Shown here in pieces: positions 60,341-64,000 of a stretch of 64,000 nucleotides of DNA (position 1 is its first letter; every line of letters begins with the position of its first letter). A model generated the notes under the pieces. That model searched no databases. It worked only from the letters and a program-made list of their open reading frames with translations, and was not told where the DNA came from. Origin of the DNA: Deltaproteobacteria bacterium (lineage in GTDB: Bacteria; Myxococcota; Kuafuiibacteriia; Kuafuiibacteriales; Kuafuiibacteriaceae); NCBI GenBank assembly GCA_040218735.1, contig JAVJQW010000067.1, positions 64,001 through 128,000 on the forward strand. Direction: 5' to 3'. The translations under genes and the position numbers were made by a program.

Positions 60341-60923
60341 CGGTCTTCTCCGGCTCGCGGATGTTGCCGTTCATCAGCGCGCAGAACACCGAAGCGAGGT
60401 GGCTGGCGTCGGCGCCGGCGTGATGCAGGCGGTCCAGGTCGATTTCCTCGTAATCCGTGAGGTAGCGCTTCACGTTCTTGAGGCTGGTGGCGTTCCAGGG
60501 GATGTCGAGGCGGCCCATCGCGAGCGCCTTCGTGTCGATCGCGGAGTGGCCGAACGGGTTGTCCACGTCCGCGTGACCGCAATAGTAGGTGAAGAACATC
60601 CAGTCGAACGGCGCGTTGTGTGCGACGAACACCGGGCGGTCCTTCGCCTTCGGTTTCCGCTGCGACTCGATCCACCCGACGATGCGGGACATGGCCCCCT
60701 CCGGGGAGAGGCCCTCGGACTCCAAGCGCACCGCGTCCAGGCCGTTCACGCGCATCGCCGCGTCCTCGAAACCCGGGAAGATGGGACGCAGCTCCACGTA
60801 CATCTCCTCGAAGCGCTGGTAGCGCCCCTCGAAGCGCCGCACGTGCGACACCCCGACCGACAGGAGGTTGTGGATCCCCGGGATCGGCCCCGAGGACTCG
60901 ACGTCCACGCAGAAGTAGTCCAA
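60333..60923 (-). CDS. DEDDh 3'-5' exonuclease
   Basis: VDVESSG, HNAPFD, IDT and HHAGADA motifs; TTG start inferred. Confidence 0.85.
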   Translation of the reverse strand: MDYFCVDVESSGPIPGIHNLLSVGVSHVRRFEGRYQRFEEMYVELRPIFPGFEDAAMRVNGLDAVRLESEGLSPEGAMSRIVGWIESQRKPKAKDRPVFVAHNAPFDWMFFTYYCGHADVDNPFGHSAIDTKALAMGRLDIPWNATSLKNVKRYLTDYEEIDLDRLHHAGADASHLASVFCALMNGNIREPEKTDG

Positions 60924-60987
60924 CGCCCTGGCGTATAGCGGACCGAGCACAGCCGCGCCGCAAAAAAAGGAGTAGCATCCCCGGGGG

Positions 60988-62676
60988 ATGCGGACGGCGA
61001 GCATCACCGCGCTGGCCCTGTGGGTCGGCGCGTGCGGGAGCCCGGTGCTCGACCTCGGGCAGTCCCGGCACGACGGCGGCGCGCCCGTCGTGCGCGACGC
61101 CGGCGGGGAGACGCTCGACGGCGGCGCGAACCCCCGCGACGCGGGTCGCCTCGATGGCCCGAAACCCGACCTCGTCGTCGCCGCGCTGTCGGCGCCCCCC
61201 GCGACCCACGTGCCGGGGGAGGCGTTGTCCGTCACCGTCGACGTCGAAAACCGCGGCGAGCGCAGCGCACCCGAGACCGTGGTCGAGGTGCGCCTCGAGC
61301 GCATCGACGGGTCGTCCCGCGGCGTTCGGTTCTTCCAGATCGGGCTCATCTCGTTCGGCGCGATCGCGCGCGGCGACCGCGAGACCCGCACCCGCATCCT
61401 CCCGGCGCCGCCGTCGTTGGAGACCGCGCGGTACCGACTGGTCGTGGAGGTCGACCCCGACGAACGCATCGACGAGTCCGACGAGTCGAACAACCTCCTC
61501 GACGGCCCGGTGTTCACCGTCAGCCACGTCGTGGTGACGCCGACCCTCGACTTCGGCACCGTGGGGCTCGGCTGCACGGCGGAGCTGTCGGCGCGGGTGG
61601 AGAACCGCGGCACGACGCGCGTCGTCGTCGCCCCCTCCGTGCTCGACCCCGCCGGCGACGTCGCCTTCCAGCTCGACGCCCCAACGAGCCCGCGTGCGCT
61701 CTCGCCCGGGAATGGCTTCGACATCACCCTCACCTTCGCGCCGGACGCGATCGACGCGTTCACGAGCCAGCTCTTCCTCCGCCACTCGCAGCTCGCGGGG
61801 GACACGCCGCTCCCGATCCGGGGCATGGGCGACATCGAGCCGCTCCGCGAGGAGCGCTTCGCTCAGCGCGCGGCGCCGCTCGTGGACTTCCTGTTCGTCG
61901 TCGACGACTCCCCCGACATGACCGCGCTGCGCGACCGCCTCGTCGCCGCAGCGGGGCCGCTGTTCGAGCACCTCGCGGCGAGCGGCGTCGACTACCACGT
62001 CGCGATCACGACGACCGACGTGTCCGTCGACGGACCGCGCGGCGCCTTCGTCGGCGATCCGAAGGTCATCACCCCCGCGACCCCCAACGGCGCGCGGGTC
62101 TTCGAGACGAGCGTCGTCGAGACGGAAGCGAAGGTCCCTTCGTCGGGCGGCCTCGCCGCGTCGCGCCTCGCGCTGAGCCCCGAGAACCTGGACGGCGTGA
62201 ACGTGGGTTTTCTGCGCGAGGACGCTTCACTCGCGGTGATCTACGTTTCGAACGAGGACGACACGTCGGGGGACGACGTCGCCAACTTCATCGCGGACTT
62301 CCGCGCCTTGAAGGCACCCGACGGCGAGCAGCGCTTCGTCGCCCACGCGATCGTGGGGCCGCCCAACGGGTGCGTCGTGGAGGGCGCGCGCTACGCAAAC
62401 GTCGCGCGCACTACGGGCGGGTTCGTCGATGCGATCTGTGTGTCGGACTGGACGGGGATCGTCACGCAGTACCCGGGGGCGGGCTTCGGCTTCGCGGTTC
62501 GCTTCGACCTCTCCCGCGCGCCGGTGCCAGGGACGGTGGAGGTCGAGGTCGACGGGACGACATTGCCGTCCAACGCCTGGCGCTTCGTCCCGAACCCACC
62601 GGCGGTGGTGTTCGAAGGGTCGGCGGTGCCGGAGCCGGGGGTCGAGGTCGTGGTGAAGTACCGAACGCCGTGTTAG
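60988..62676 (+). CDS. Lipoprotein with CARDB, Ig-like (choice-of-anchor D-type) and vWA domains
   Basis: Lipobox VGAC; 'VDPDERIDESDESNN' (CARDB); 'LDFGTV'; 'DFLFVVDDS...AITTTD...GFLREDA' (vWA). Confidence 0.8.
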   Translation: MRTASITALALWVGACGSPVLDLGQSRHDGGAPVVRDAGGETLDGGANPRDAGRLDGPKPDLVVAALSAPPATHVPGEALSVTVDVENRGERSAPETVVEVRLERIDGSSRGVRFFQIGLISFGAIARGDRETRTRILPAPPSLETARYRLVVEVDPDERIDESDESNNLLDGPVFTVSHVVVTPTLDFGTVGLGCTAELSARVENRGTTRVVVAPSVLDPAGDVAFQLDAPTSPRALSPGNGFDITLTFAPDAIDAFTSQLFLRHSQLAGDTPLPIRGMGDIEPLREERFAQRAAPLVDFLFVVDDSPDMTALRDRLVAAAGPLFEHLAASGVDYHVAITTTDVSVDGPRGAFVGDPKVITPATPNGARVFETSVVETEAKVPSSGGLAASRLALSPENLDGVNVGFLREDASLAVIYVSNEDDTSGDDVANFIADFRALKAPDGEQRFVAHAIVGPPNGCVVEGARYANVARTTGGFVDAICVSDWTGIVTQYPGAGFGFAVRFDLSRAPVPGTVEVEVDGTTLPSNAWRFVPNPPAVVFEGSAVPEPGVEVVVKYRTPC

Positions 62677-62689
62677 CGGCGCCGCGATC

Positions 62690-63319
62690 TCATTCGCAGG
62701 CGGCGTCGATGCGCGCGAGGTGGACGGAGCGCGGCGCGAGGGCGCGGAGCGTCTCGGCCACCGTCTTCGCTTCGTCCTTGCGGTCGAGCCCGCACAGCGC
62801 GAGCGCGCGGGCGGCGAGCGCCTCTTCGCGGAGCATCCCCTGCGGGAACCGCGCGTCGTAGGCATCGACGTGGGTGAGCACCGCGGCGTGGTCGCCGTCG
62901 CGGAGCGCGACGCGAACCTGTGCGAGCAGGCCGGCCTGCTCGGCGAGGGTGCTGACGTCGACGTCGGCGGGCGCATCCGCGGTGTCCGCCGCGGCCCCCT
63001 GCGCCACCGGCGCCGTCGCAGCGGGCGGAGTCACCGGGTCCTGCTCGGGGGTCGCCGAGCGGGTCGTGTAGAGCGCGGTCGCGAGGCCGGCGGTCACGAG
63101 GACGGCCGCGCCGATCTTGAGCGCGAGGCCGGAGCCGGTCGCCGTGGCGGCCGCGCTGGCCGGGGCGGAGGCGGAGGAAGCGGCCTCGGCCGTCGCCGGG
63201 AGGGCGGCGATGCTCGCCGCCACGAGCAGCTTCACGCGGGCCTTGTCGGCCGGGGACGGGTCGTGCGCATCGCGCGCAGCGTCGAGGAGCGCCAGGGCGT
63301 CGGGTCCGAGCTGATTCAT
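62690..63319 (-). CDS. Putative membrane anti-sigma factor with C-terminal TPR-like domain
   Basis: ATGA-coupled to the ECF sigma gene; TM helix; 'RFPQGMLREEA' motif. Confidence 0.7.
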   Translation of the reverse strand: MNQLGPDALALLDAARDAHDPSPADKARVKLLVAASIAALPATAEAASSASAPASAAATATGSGLALKIGAAVLVTAGLATALYTTRSATPEQDPVTPPAATAPVAQGAAADTADAPADVDVSTLAEQAGLLAQVRVALRDGDHAAVLTHVDAYDARFPQGMLREEALAARALALCGLDRKDEAKTVAETLRALAPRSVHLARIDAACE

Positions 63320-63951
63320 GACAGCCGCTCCTCCTTGGCCTTCTGTCGCTGCACCGCAGCTTCGAAGGCGGTCCGTGCGGCGCGTAGCCGCGAGTACACC
63401 GTGTTGACCTTGACCCCGATCGCCTCCGCGATCTCGGGCGCGGTCATCTGTTCGAGCTCGGAGAGGACGAACACGGCGCGTTTGTCCTCGTCGAGCTCAC
63501 CGAGGAGCCGGTCCAACATGCGCCGTGCTTCGTTCTGCGACGCCGCGGCCTCCGGCCCCTTCTGATCCACATCGGCCATCTGCGGCGGAAGTGGATCCAA
63601 TCCGCCCTTTCGAGCCAGCCCGCGTCGATGCGTTCGCGCGACGCGCAGCGCGATCCCGAAGAGCCACGTTTTCACACTGGAGCGCCCCTCGAAATCCGCC
63701 AAGCGACGGTACACGACCAGGAAGACCTCCTGGACCACGTCGTCCATCGCGTCGTCGTCGATGCCGAGTCTGCGGACGCTGCGCCATACGAACTCGAAGT
63801 GCTCCTCGTACACTCCTTCGAACGTCAGCGCGGTCGCCGCGTCAGAAGAAGAACTGGGGGCCGCCACCGTCACTGTCGATACCCTCGAACCCCCCCGGCC
63901 CGCACGCATAGCCGGAGCTGGACCGAGCGCACCCAGGACGGTGGTCGACAT
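63316..63951 (-). CDS. ECF RNA polymerase sigma factor
   Basis: Region 2 'DDVVQEVFL...F.GRSS.KTWL'; region 4 'EIAEAIG...NTVYSRLRAAR'. Start uncertain. Confidence 0.9.
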   Translation of the reverse strand: MSTTVLGALGPAPAMRAGRGGSRVSTVTVAAPSSSSDAATALTFEGVYEEHFEFVWRSVRRLGIDDDAMDDVVQEVFLVVYRRLADFEGRSSVKTWLFGIALRVARTHRRGLARKGGLDPLPPQMADVDQKGPEAAASQNEARRMLDRLLGELDEDKRAVFVLSELEQMTAPEIAEAIGVKVNTVYSRLRAARTAFEAAVQRQKAKEERLS

Positions 63952-64000
63952 CCCGGACAGTGAGTGACCGGGGCCCGATTCATCCGTCACCAAAAAACAC

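Overview
This is a very GC-rich, gene-dense chromosomal window. Its gene content (Ser/Thr kinases, FHA proteins, PEGA, DUF4388 and CARDB/vWA lipoproteins, an ECF sigma/anti-sigma pair) points to a myxobacterium (Myxococcota); this taxonomy is inferred. Housekeeping genes include add, ffh, gyrA, a GlnA-family enzyme, xseA-xseB-ispA-tlyA, an LD-carboxypeptidase and a DEDDh exonuclease, and there is an RsbW/RsbV/FHA-GAF-PP2C partner-switching operon. The most striking region is about 33-47.4 kb. There, a divergent Ser/Thr kinase / FHA-sigma54 activator pair is flanked by two genes that share one promoter architecture: a sigma54 -24/-12 box, conserved upstream GTGCA motifs, and CCGGGC-ATG at identical spacing. 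One gene encodes a ~2000-aa protein with C-terminal JAB/MPN-like and HExxH peptidase motifs. The other encodes a small protein whose C-terminal helix resembles type III needle/filament subunits. A nearby gene ends in a nucleotidyltransferase-like, toxin-type domain. Two non-coding features also stand out: a 41-bp-phased motif array at 500-720 and a candidate structured sRNA at about 57.66-57.85 kb. I recognised no tRNA, rRNA, transposase or CRISPR-cas locus. All domain calls come from motif recognition by eye, not from database searches.
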